A stretch of DNA of 64,000 bases from Epithemia pelagica (Eukaryota; Protista; Bacillariophyta), in NCBI GenBank assembly GCA_946965045.2, contig OX337234.1, forward strand, positions 2,356,001-2,420,000, written 5' to 3'. This document shows positions 1-10,259 of the stretch, piece after piece. Numbering within the stretch: position 1 is the stretch's first letter; each line of letters starts with the position of its first letter. A model generated the notes under the pieces. That model made no database searches and was not told where the DNA came from. It saw only the letters and a program-made list of their open reading frames with translations. The translations under genes and the position numbers were made by a program.

Positions 1-2
1 GC

Positions 3-1205
3 TTGGGTGCTGATCGAGACTTGTGGATGAAGCCTATGACACGTCCGAGTGACGGTCACAAGTACTACGCCTATGTATTGCTGTACGTAGACGATGTCTT
101 GGCCATATCGCACGATGCGACTGCGATGTTACACGAGTTAGATCATTTCTTCCCTATGAAGCCGGGCTCGATCGGAAATCCTGACATGTACCTTGGAGCG
201 AAGCTTAAGCCCATGACCATGCCCAATTCCGTTGTCAGTTGGGCCATGAGTTCGAGCAAGTATGTACAAGAAGCTGTTTCGAATGTTGAGACGTATTTGG
301 AACGCGAGTGTGGCGGCCGTAAGCTTGCGAAACGCGCGGCGACTCCGTTCCCATCAGAATATGACCCAGTTCTGGACGTGACGCATCAACTGAATGAAGA
401 CGAGGTGTCGTTCTACCAGTCCCAGATTGGCGTCCTCAGATGGATGGTCGAACTGGAAAGGGTGGATATCATGACCGAAACATCATTGTTAGCATCCCAA
501 GTGGCATGTCCACGACAAGGACATTTGGAAGCAGTGTTCCATATGTATTCCTATTTGAAAAACAAGCACAATGCCAGAATGGCATTTGATCCGACCTATC
601 CCGAGATAGACCTTCGAGAATTTCGTGAAGATTGCAATTGGAAGGAGTTCTACGGTGATGTAAAGGAGGCAGTTCCACCGAATGCACCAAAGGCACGTGG
701 TAAAGAAGTGGATCTGCGGCTGTATGTTGACTCGGATCATGCGGGTGACAAGATGGTACGGTGATCTAGAACTGGATTCTTTGTCTTTATGAACATGGCA
801 CCTATCATGTGGTATACCAAGCGACAAGCGACCATCGAAACATCCGTTTTTGGAGCTGAGTTTGTTGCAATGAAGACGGGCATGGAGGCCGTCAGGGGAC
901 TACGCTACAAATTACGGATGATGGGAGTGCCGTTGTCTGGTCCTACCTATGTTTATGGCGATAATATGTCCGTGATTCATAACACATCGAAGCCAGAATC
1001 ATCGCTGAAGAAGAAGTCCAATTCTATTTGCTATCATGCTGTCAGAGAAGCCGTTGCCATGGGTGAATTGTTGACTACACATATTCCCACGCAGCATAAT
1101 CCAGCCGATTTGGCCACCAAGGTGATTCCTGGAGGGCAGAAACGCAACCATTTGTTGAGTCTGGTTCTTTGGGATATTACTGATGATCATGGATCCCCAG
1201 AGTGA
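3..1205 (+). pseudogene. pol: Copia pol RT/RNase H region broken by one in-frame TGA at 762-764
   Basis: ORFs 3..764 and 789..1205 are in the same frame (CGG TGA TCT AGA ACT GGA). The TGA aligns with an Arg codon (T-R-R-S-Q-T-G) in the intact element of this window. Confidence 0.9.
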
Positions 1206-1334
1206 GTCCTCTCCTCATCTCCGTATATGAGGTTTTGTGCAGGTCTTGAGGTTTCCTGGGCTAGTTGGCCCGAATACACTTACTACTGGGATGGCAAACA
1301 GTTCTCAATGGGATCGAGTACTGTTTGAGGGGAC

Positions 1335-1488
1335 TAAGAAAGTATGTATGTCGTACGTATGAAAATCGAGAAGATAGGGAGTAGTGACTCTGTAACCTAT
1401 ATTTTAGTTCACTTCTTTGTTTTGGAATGACTTTTGTACCCGTGCACCCATGACGGTGCTCCGTATGCCCAACGGACGGGTTTTCTTA
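1335..1488 (+). repeat. Putative 3' LTR (~154 bp) with TA...TA termini
   Basis: Begins right after GGGGAC, the same junction as in the intact element. Bounded by a 7-bp inverted repeat TAAGAAA/TTTCTTA. The partner LTR lies outside the window. Confidence 0.55.
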
Positions 1489-1563
1489 ATTTTTCTGACG
1501 AGACGACGAAAACCTTACATCGACAATAAGGAAGGACAAGGGCCCAACAGCGACGATAAAGAT

Positions 1564-3310
1564 ATGGAAGACGAAGGAAATTTGACTCCCCGAACCGAAG
1601 TGATGGATGTAGATGGGGATATCCATCCAGAGGAATCTTATGATGAGAAGTCACTTTCGATTTCTGAAAGTGGCATGTTGGATAAAATGCCTCCAGAAAA
1701 ACACACCGATGACGAGAAGGATGGCGACTTGTTCAAACGAATGTCGAAGAATCGGTGCTCGGGGGAAGTGTTGAAGAAGTTTCCTCGATGTTGCATTTTC
1801 TTGGTGGGTGTGGTCATTCCACTTTTTGTTCTCATTTTCCTGAGCTTGTTCTTCGGCATTATTCTCGCTGGATTGGAGGCAGAAGGCGAAGTCGAGTCGA
1901 ACGACGACATTCTTGCGACACGCTTTCTAGCAAGACGAGCGCAAGATTGGGTCACAAATTTGACGGTATCGGCTCCGAGAGTTTGCCTCCACGGCTACTT
2001 AACTGGTATGAATGCAACTCCCTTCACTGACGCTCTCATCGATCTTATTGCGAGACCTGCGGAGGAATTTAAGACGGAAAACCCTGATCTTTTGGGATTG
2101 TACAATGAAACCAACATGACGGAAATATATGAGTTTCTCGTTGAATGTGGTAATTCAAGTCGAAGTTTTGCTGACGAAGAGGCAAGAGCCGCTGTCGGGG
2201 GATCAGTATCCGAACTCTCGTTCAATTGGATTCGATGCTACGAGGGTGCCAATAACCTGAAAGTCGACATAAGTGGTGATATTCTTCGTAGTCAGGAACG
2301 GAATCCACGGCTTCAAAGAGAATTCTACGAACGTGTCTGGAGGAGCGACTATGACAGATTATACGCTCAATACAGAAAAGAGGAAAATGCGGAGACTCTA
2401 GCTGAGTTGCTCATAGCATCCACCCGAGCGCTCGAAGATGCATCTGGCGGTGATTCATGTTACCTCAATGGTTCTGGGTCTGGTAAGAAACTTTCGTATT
2501 GATCAAGTCAGCGACGGTCCACACAGTTCCCTCACCAAACTCAACCAATGTTCCTTCCCCATAGCATGGTTCTGGTTCACTATTCAAACTACGGTGAGTT
2601 TTTGTGCTAGATTTTCATGAGATATCGGTAAGAGCTTGAATCGAAGGTCCTGACCACGTTCAAAAATATCAACCCCCACGTAGATTGGATACGGAAATCA
2701 AGCCCCCGTTTCTCAGGGTGGACGGTAAGTTATTATGGTTCCTGACAAAAACCAGCGTTCAGCAAAATGGTCTCATATTACTTACTTGTCTCAATCCTGC
2801 TCTTGAACGATCAGAGCTCTTGTGTACACAGCTGGGTTTGTTTGTATTCTTGCTTTTGGAGGGGTTCTGGCAACAGCTGGTAGCATCATGCAGGCTCTAC
2901 TGGACTACTCCGTTCGCCACAGGAAGTATTTGGCATTCCTGAGCAAGCCATTCGCGGGTTGTGTCGTCTGGGGATTCCTTTGGTATGCCTGGATGCTCTT
3001 GATCGCCGTTGTTACCCAACGGTGGAAGGATATTCGGCTGTCTGAGGATATGAGTTTGAGAGATGGGTATTGGTTTTCCTACATGTCTACTACGACCGTT
3101 GGTTTAGGGGATATATTTCTGGAACCGGAGGTGATTGTGGGGATCGATCTCTTGTATTTTCCATTGATTATCTTGGTTGGTTTCACGTTCCTTGCGGCAT
3201 TCTTGGGAAAGTTGTCCTCCATATTCACAAGCTACATGGAAGGTGGAAAACGATCTTTTGTTGACTCTGTATTGGGTCAGATGAACGATGAAACCTCGTC
3301 TGACACGTGA
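1564..3310 (+). CDS. Two-pore-domain (K2P/TPK-like) potassium channel, 4 exons (1564-2482, 2565-2593, 2684-2724, 2815-3310)
   Basis: GT-AG splicing by hand restores AWFWFTIQTT-IGYGNQAP (pore 1, TIGYG). The last exon has YWFSYMSTTTVGLGD (pore 2). TM helices flank both pores. Start codon uncertain. Confidence 0.9.
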
Positions 3311-4366
3311 AAGGTGAGTTGAGTTTATTATCTTTAGCATGGATAGTGTCACATGTCATATCCGCTTGACTCCAACGGTGCTGATTGATCTACAAGAACA
3401 CCTGATTGGAACACTGTTTGCCGCAACAACGCGAGAACACCAGTGGCCTAGATGGAACATTTCGCTCTATTCATGGGGTCGCGTCCGCGATGTGGAGAAC
3501 TTGTGACAACAGACAGTATCTTTGATAAAAATACACAGACTGCTATTCCCTAAGACAAGAGCTAACACATCGTTTGGACATCTACCCGCTCCCACTTCGA
3601 TTTTCTTGGATTGAACGTTCCCTTCACGTTGGCGTCTTTTGTTTCTGCTCGTATTCGCGCAATTTGCAATTTGCCACGTGAATTCTATTATGGTGTGACG
3701 CGTGAGCAACTTGCAAGTGTGTCATTGTCAATTGTCATCCCTCTGATTTTTTTGCTTCGTGTCTCTGTCGTTGTTGTGTCCGGTGTCCGTGTCCAGTGTT
3801 CCACTCCTACACTTTTATCTATACCAAAAAGCATGCCCTGCCCACTGCCCACGCGCTCTCCACTGACAAAGACACAAGACCGACCACAACCACAACACGG
3901 AACAAATCCAAAATTCTCTCACTCTCCAATCGGTTTTTGTGGTCATATTATTGTTCACAGCCACACGAATCTTCGACCAACACCGCTGATGCGAGAGATT
4001 CGTCCTTCCGACTCGCAATGACTTGCTCGAATCTGCCAAGCTACCTTTTCTCTCAAATAATCTCGTCTCCTCGTCCCCTTTGACTTCGGGTGTTTGCTGT
4101 ATTCCCTGGTGTCGTTGCGATTCTGGTGTGTCCTGTCCGACATTCGATTCTTGACAGACGGCAAAGCTTGGTGCCGAGTCGTTCCTGGTTTCGCGAGGAC
4201 ACAATCGAGGCCAATCGATTCCAAAGAAGGAACAGTTTCTCAAACACCTGGAGTCTCGGTGACTTGTGACGAAGATACCTGAAAAAGTGCGCCCATCACC
4301 ACCTTGCGCGCTTTTCATTTTCAACTTGTTTTCTTTTTTCATTCTTCTTACTCTTCCTTTTACTCA

Positions 4367-5842
4367 ATGTTGACATCAGTAGTGGTCCTCTTGTTGAATT
4401 TGGCAACGATTCGCCTGTCTTCTAAAGTCAATGAACTACGAGTGGCGGAGAACCGTTTGATCGAATATGCCAAGGACTTTGCTTATCCGCCTTCGTCTGC
4501 CAAATCGGCCGACGAGGTCTGTTGTGCAATTCGGACCATCGATACAAAAATCCCTCAGTCGTCCGTTCCTCTCAAGCATCATATTGATGACGTTTATCAA
4601 GATGCCAGCTTTGGGAAGACCAACGATAAAGGTGCCGAAGCAGCAACTTCATCTTCGACCTATGTCATTCACGGTGTAGAAGTGCAATCCAAGATTCAGG
4701 GAGGAAGAAAGTCGAGAGTTCCCTTAGTTTTGCTCCATGGTTATATGAATGGCTGCCTCTACTTCTATCGCAATCTCTTCGGCCTCGGTCGGTATTTTGA
4801 TTCCATCTACTCGTTGGACATGTTGGGCTGGGGGCTGTCGTCTCGTCCTAGATTTGATGCATTACGAGATTCGTCACGTGAAATGACAGAAGCCTTCTTT
4901 GTCGAATCGTTAGAGGCTTGGAGAATTGCTAAAGGCGTAGACAAGATGATCTTGGCTGGTCATTCCATGGGAGGCTACATATCGGTGGCCTACACTGAAA
5001 AGTACCCTCAGCACGTGGAGCGACTGATTCTTATTAGTCCAGCAGGTGTCCCTGAACAACCACAGCACTCACAACAACCTCATTCAGAAAGACTGGAGAA
5101 CGGCAAAGTGATGAATCATGATTCCTCAATGTCATCAGCCTTTCATGATATGGGACGACGCATCACAAAAGACATTTTCACGCACGTTTTCCATAATTAT
5201 TCGTTGGGAGATGTGATCCGATCACTCCCCAGTAGCTATGTGATGAAGCGAGTTCGTGACTACGTCAAGAGACGGTTTGGTGATCGCATCCAAATGACTC
5301 CCGATGAACAAGATGCCTTATCAAACTACCTTTACTGGAACAATGTCCTTCCCGGGTCTGCGGAATATTGCATCTCTCGTTTCTTAACTCCCAGGGTCTT
5401 GTTTGGACAGGCTCCCACAGTGCATCGCATTCCACAACTAAAAGTGAAGTCGGTGGCATTTTTGTACGGAGACAATGACTGGATGGACCCTGTTCAGGGG
5501 GGCTGGGCGGTTCAACGAGCCTGTCTTCAAAAGCGGCAACAAGAGAGAAATAAGGCTGCTGCACCCGACGTTACTGTGCAAACGATTCCCAATGCAGGCC
5601 ACATGCTCATGTTGGAAAACTGGCGAGACTTTAACCGAAACCTTGTCTTGGCGGCAGGTCTTGTACTCTTGCCAGAAGACATGGAAGAATTTCAAAGGTC
5701 ATCTTCTCCCTTGGCCTTGTCGACCTATGATGGCTCGGACCTTTTCGCTCATGATACTGGTTTTCGTCACCGTGTTCTGAGACACTTTGGGACCACAAGT
5801 GCTCTGGCTGCGCATTCCTCATTTTTACCCCCATCTGAGTAA
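4367..5842 (+). CDS. Alpha/beta hydrolase, ABHD4/ABHD5 (CGI-58)/Cld1-like
   Basis: LVLLHGY, DMLGWGLSSRP, nucleophile elbow GHSMGG, LILISPAG, C-terminal AGH. Confidence 0.88.
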   Translation: MLTSVVVLLLNLATIRLSSKVNELRVAENRLIEYAKDFAYPPSSAKSADEVCCAIRTIDTKIPQSSVPLKHHIDDVYQDASFGKTNDKGAEAATSSSTYVIHGVEVQSKIQGGRKSRVPLVLLHGYMNGCLYFYRNLFGLGRYFDSIYSLDMLGWGLSSRPRFDALRDSSREMTEAFFVESLEAWRIAKGVDKMILAGHSMGGYISVAYTEKYPQHVERLILISPAGVPEQPQHSQQPHSERLENGKVMNHDSSMSSAFHDMGRRITKDIFTHVFHNYSLGDVIRSLPSSYVMKRVRDYVKRRFGDRIQMTPDEQDALSNYLYWNNVLPGSAEYCISRFLTPRVLFGQAPTVHRIPQLKVKSVAFLYGDNDWMDPVQGGWAVQRACLQKRQQERNKAAAPDVTVQTIPNAGHMLMLENWRDFNRNLVLAAGLVLLPEDMEEFQRSSSPLALSTYDGSDLFAHDTGFRHRVLRHFGTTSALAAHSSFLPPSE

Positions 5843-5987
5843 AAAGCTGACCTTCCCATATCAATTCAACAAATCCAAAGGTTGCTCTAGAGAGTCCGTT
5901 GGCTTGCTCCCTAGATTCTCAGGATGGACAGATACATTGAATAGAGTAAAACTTCGTATTAACCATAGACATGGTAATGGGAAACAT

Positions 5988-7880
5988 CTATCCGTATCTT
6001 ATCAAATCAATAATGGCCTTAATCTTACTCAAGAGGTTGTCATCATAGAAAAGGTGAATGATGCCTTGAGCAAATCCCATGCCCCGTTTCGGATCAATAG
6101 GATAATCCAAAGGCTTGGGAATGGATGTTTGTGCCAAAGCTGGCATGGCATCAATGAGGATCGAGCGCTCCAAGCACAGCGCCCGCAGTCCTTCAGGACC
6201 ACCAAAGCGTCCAAAACCAGAATCCTTGACTCCACCGAAGGGAAGGGCTTGTACCAAGTAGTTGGAACCAAAGTCATTGATACAGAGCATACCGGATCGA
6301 ATCTTACGACCCAATGAGAGGGCTCTCGATTGATGCGACTTGCCGCAGTAAACCGATGCACCCAAACCAAAGTTCGACTTGTTGACAAGTTCCAAACATG
6401 CTTCGTCACTATTACCAGGCACTTCAATCAGTGTCAAGACGGGTCCAAATACTTCCTTTTTGAAGATTTCCATTTCTGGTGTCACTTTTGAGATGATAGT
6501 GGGAGGATAGAATTGACCACCCTTGGCATCGCCCTTCGGTTTGGTACCTCCCACCAAGACTTTGGCGCCCTTGCTGACGGCATCATCAACCAATTTTTGA
6601 ATGAGATCCAACTGAGCGTCCATCACCAAGGATCCACAGTCAACATCGGCAACCTTGCCTGAGCCACAGCATTCCGCCAATGGAATGCCTTGCCGAAGCG
6701 CTTGGACACGAGGAACCAATGCCTTGACGAGGTCTTCGGCGATGGATTCATACACAATGACACGTTCGACACCCACACAATTTTGGCCGCAATTTTGAAA
6801 ACATCCACGTAAAATCCAGGGAACGACATCCGCCACCTTGCAGGTTTCCTGAACAATCATGGCGTCCTTTCCACCCAATTCGAGGATAACAGGTTTCAAT
6901 GACTTGCTGGCACCTTCCATCACTTTCTTTCCAATCTCGGGAGATCCAGTGAAAATGATCTTGTCCACCAACGGCTCTTGCACCAAAGCGGCACCTGCCT
7001 CCCCAAATCCAGTGACAGTTTGAACCAAATCGGGATCATGCCCATGTACTATCAACGCCTGTTGAATGATGCGGGTAAAGTATTGTGACGACCAGGACGT
7101 GTGCTCCGAAACTTTTCCGACCACGGCATTTCCAGCCATGATTCCACTGATAATATGATTAAAGAAATTGTGAAAAGGATAATTCCATGGTGCAATGGGC
7201 GACACAATGCCTAGAGGCACATATTCGACAAATGCCGTTTTGTGCATCATGAGTGGTCCATTGGGACGGTAAGAAGGCTGCAGCCACAATTCTCCCCATT
7301 CCACGACACATCGAATCTTCTCACAAGTAGTCATGACTTCGCCGAGCAATGCATCTACCATGGGTTTTCCGGAATCACGTGAACATACGCGGCATATATC
7401 CACAATGTGATGGACCAAATACTTTTGAATGGTCCGTAAGACGCGCCGACGTTCGGCAAAGCTGGTCGTCGCCTGCCATTTTTCTTGAGCCTTTTTTGCT
7501 TTCACACAAACTTCATGGACGTCAGCGGCACTCATGGCCTTCACTTGTCCGAGATATTGTCTCGTAGACGGATCAAAACACTGAATGAAGCCAAGCTTTG
7601 TCTTGTCGACAATGTCCGTCTTGGTGGAAGGGGGCAAGGAGCACGCGTCTTGCGATTCCAGTTCCGTCATTTCCACTGAGATGAGTGGGATGGATTGAGT
7701 AAAATGTTCGATCCATAGCTTCAGATGATATCCAACGTGGTTGGTCTTGCAGAACTGAACAAAGAAGAACAACAGGACAACTACGAATGCGAGAAGGACA
7801 ACTTGAGTGGTCGATTCATGGGCCAAAAACTCGTCAACCGACAATGGCCAAGTCAAACAAGTTCCAGCTGAACTCGACAT
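5988..7880 (-). CDS. ALDH22: Aldehyde dehydrogenase, ALDH22 family, with N-terminal membrane anchor
   Basis: PWNYP, FTGS, LELGGKD, FQNCGQNC (catalytic Cys), EVFGP, PFGGVKDSGFGR. IQCFDPST segment after a TM helix as in plant ALDH22. Start may be at 7991 or 7880. Confidence 0.92.
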   Translation of the reverse strand: MSSSAGTCLTWPLSVDEFLAHESTTQVVLLAFVVVLLFFFVQFCKTNHVGYHLKLWIEHFTQSIPLISVEMTELESQDACSLPPSTKTDIVDKTKLGFIQCFDPSTRQYLGQVKAMSAADVHEVCVKAKKAQEKWQATTSFAERRRVLRTIQKYLVHHIVDICRVCSRDSGKPMVDALLGEVMTTCEKIRCVVEWGELWLQPSYRPNGPLMMHKTAFVEYVPLGIVSPIAPWNYPFHNFFNHIISGIMAGNAVVGKVSEHTSWSSQYFTRIIQQALIVHGHDPDLVQTVTGFGEAGAALVQEPLVDKIIFTGSPEIGKKVMEGASKSLKPVILELGGKDAMIVQETCKVADVVPWILRGCFQNCGQNCVGVERVIVYESIAEDLVKALVPRVQALRQGIPLAECCGSGKVADVDCGSLVMDAQLDLIQKLVDDAVSKGAKVLVGGTKPKGDAKGGQFYPPTIISKVTPEMEIFKKEVFGPVLTLIEVPGNSDEACLELVNKSNFGLGASVYCGKSHQSRALSLGRKIRSGMLCINDFGSNYLVQALPFGGVKDSGFGRFGGPEGLRALCLERSILIDAMPALAQTSIPKPLDYPIDPKRGMGFAQGIIHLFYDDNLLSKIKAIIDLIRYG

Positions 7881-8370
7881 TTTGCCACGGACGGTATCTT
7901 TTTCTTCCCACCAACCTCGGATCTCGTTTACAGACAGTGAAGCTTGTGCTCTCGTTGTTGTTCTCCTCTTGTGTGGGGAAATCGGTGGCAATCTCTCCTC
8001 TACGTCTATGGTCTATCGACAATCTCGACAAAGATCAAAGACCAGCAACAAAAACAATGACAAACGATGATCCACCACCACCACGTCATGAGTTTCATAA
8101 TAATATAACGTCCATGTATATACCGTTTATTACGGTTAATTACTATCCATATTTAAGTACAATACTGATAGGCAACTAACTCCATACCAAACTGTGTAGG
8201 TAGTTCGTCTCACATTTTTATACTACAGTAGGAATTTTTTGTACGACCGGGAAGTAGTTTCGTGCGAGTCGCGCGGTTTCCCTCTCGTGTGTGACACTTG
8301 TGTGACACTTTGTGAAATGGCTTCCAGGAATTTCTCACTACCTACACAGCTTGATAGGGAGTAAGTTTAC

Positions 8371-8544
8371 TACTTCCCTGTGTCTGGCCGTCCTCTCGCG
8401 TCGGGCGCGCCCGGCTTGTCGGGAGAATGACTCGACGGGCAATTGTCTTGTCGGGCGTGCGCCCTCCTCGACCATTGCCCTCCTCGTCATTCTACCCTCC
8501 GCGCCGGGCGGTCCCTCCTTGAAAGGACTCGACACCGGGAAGTA
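8371..8544 (-). other. 174-nt imperfect hairpin with four periodic 5x5 internal loops (possible structured RNA/ssDNA element)
   Basis: Nested complementary blocks: TACTTCCC/GGGAAGTA, GTGTC/GACAC, GTCCT/AGGAC, CGCCCGGC/GCCGGGCG, AGAATGAC/GTCATTCT, GGGCAAT/ATTGCCC, GGGC/GCCC. Strand is inferred from the mismatch pattern. Confidence 0.7.
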
Positions 8545-8555
8545 TTAATACTATG

Positions 8556-8896
8556 CCTAGTGCCTCGTCCCTGGGTGTACCCATTACACCCCGGGAGCGC
8601 TCTTTGGGTACACCATTTCAACTAGATAGGACATGACACATGACCAATATTAGGCCTACGGCAACATGTGGATGCTCAAAGTTAATAGACATGCGCGGCA
8701 TGTCTCTAATGGAGGCGCTCATATGACCTAGGTATGTCATATATAGGTCTAATGGGCTATCAAATGTTGTTAGAGGATGTCTTAAAGATTAACTTTGCCG
8801 TAGGCCTAATATTGGTCATGTCCTATCTAGTTGAAATGGTGTACCCAAAGAGCGCTCCCGGGGTGTAATGGGTACACCCAGGGACGAGGCACTAGG
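8556..8896. mobile_element. Foldback/MITE-like element with ~109-bp terminal inverted repeats
   Basis: 8788-8896 is the exact reverse complement of 8556-8686 apart from a 7-bp duplication (ACATGAC) and a 15-bp insert in the left arm. The 101-bp spacer is non-coding. No clear TSD. Confidence 0.75.
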
Positions 8897-9252
8897 AGTA
8901 CCTTTTTTCATCACATAATTCACCACATCTCATACGAGTAACCTTACTCTAGAGAGGCAGTAGGAGTAGCTCATAGCTTACGATGTTCCAATGCAAAAGA
9001 CAGTTTCACTACAATTCGAAAAAGCTATTGAAGATGCTGTATCACTACAAATGATGCTGCCCTCTCTAGTTCGTCTCATACGTTGAAGGTTTACGTTCAA
9101 GGCAGAGCGTCGCTTGTCAACGTCATGCGATTTAGAAGCGACTGCTGAAAGTAGGAATGCCCTGTGTCAACTCATGTCATGGCGGTGAAGCAAAGGACAA
9201 TGAAAGTGCCATCGTGAACGCCCGTAGTCCAATCGAGTAGGATCTACACGGC

Positions 9253-9840
9253 TTACACAGCCAGAGGGACATGCAGACGACCTCTTCCCATCATGGACTG
9301 GTATCGCTGACCAACGACAGTTGTCGGGGCCCTCCCCTGTTCCAATAGGCTTGCAATTTCGTCTGGATTGCGATGTCGGTGCATTTCTCCCCATATTGCG
9401 ACAACGAGCTGGAACATAAAGGTGGCAGTCTTCACTTGGGCTTCGACAAAGACATGGCTTTGTGGATTCCACAAGGCCAATGCGGCTGTCAATCCGGAAC
9501 AATTCCCAACCAGGAGAAGCGACGACATGGCAAAGAAACAGGACAGAACGATTTGAATCGCGTAGTATACACTGAGAGGAATGCTTGTAGCCAGCTTCCG
9601 ATGATGATCACTTGTGTGGCGATGGTATCCATTGCGAAGGTCTTGTCCCGATTGTGGAGCCTCACCAAGCGATAAGGAAACCACAACGAACCAAAGAAGC
9701 GTCGTCAGCAACGACCACCCTGAAAATAAGATCAATCTTCCAGTCGAAGCCTCCTCACCACTCGTTGACACGCACTCATATAAAATGGCAATCGATGCCA
9801 AAAGGCAAACGGCGTGGATTCCAGCAATATACCATCCCAT
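9253..9840 (-). CDS. Hypothetical multi-pass membrane protein (~195 aa)
   Basis: ORF from MGWYIAG with about four hydrophobic segments. No recognisable family. Confidence 0.5.
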   Translation of the reverse strand: MGWYIAGIHAVCLLASIAILYECVSTSGEEASTGRLILFSGWSLLTTLLWFVVVSLSLGEAPQSGQDLRNGYHRHTSDHHRKLATSIPLSVYYAIQIVLSCFFAMSSLLLVGNCSGLTAALALWNPQSHVFVEAQVKTATFMFQLVVAIWGEMHRHRNPDEIASLLEQGRAPTTVVGQRYQSMMGRGRLHVPLAV

Positions 9841-10098
9841 GGTGTGTTTGTGTTTCCAGATTTGTTCCAGAAAGATACTATGGGAACAGGTGTGACTGTG
9901 AATTGTGAAAGGACAATGGTTTATCGGTTGGGATTGTGGTACACCTAAGCGGATACTGAGTCTTATTAGATCGTGACTCCGCTCCTCATAATTGCTTCGG
10001 TTAGTTTCCTTGCTCTCATTCACGATCACATAAGCCTCACTTCGATGGGGAGTAGAGATGGTGGTCGCGAGCCAGCTGCCAGTCCCGTTTGTTGCTGT

Positions 10099-10138
10099 TG
10101 CCGCCGGACAGACGAGAAAATACGAAGGAGCTCCGGGT
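10099..10138 (+). promoter_or_regulatory. 40-bp upstream motif, copy 1
   Basis: 35/40 identical to 11890-11929. Lies upstream of the ORF starting at 10260. Confidence 0.45.
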
Positions 10139-10259
10139 TCTGGGTAAAGAACACGACAACACGCAGACAACAGACGGTCGACGGGTAGGCAAGAACCGCA
10201 AATTAAAACCAACATCAGCAAGCGAGGCGGCAAAACCGCAACGAAGAAAAGGAAAAGCC

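Larger units (their letters stand above)
1..1488 (+). mobile_element. 3' end of a Ty1/copia (CoDi/GalEa-like) LTR retrotransposon, truncated by the window edge
   Basis: RT motif YVDDVL, RNase H motifs (YVDSDHAG, AEF, YGDN, NPADLATK), PPT TTTGAGGGGAC at 1324-1334, then a candidate LTR. Confidence 0.95.

Noticed and set aside
3467-4342. Several overlapping 80-175 aa ORFs between the K+ channel and the ABHD gene
   Set aside because: No recognisable motifs or consistent frame. The region looks like promoter/UTR with (AC)-rich tracts.
8406-8415. GCCGGGCGCG resembling the SRP RNA/Alu 5' end
   Set aside because: It lies mid-stem, with no Alu fold and no helix-8 motif.
8843-8910. tRNA-Gln-like D arm (GTGT-AATGGGT-ACAC) in the foldback TIR
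   Set aside because: There is no T8 and no T arm or B box at tRNA spacing. It is explained by the internal 7-bp hairpin.
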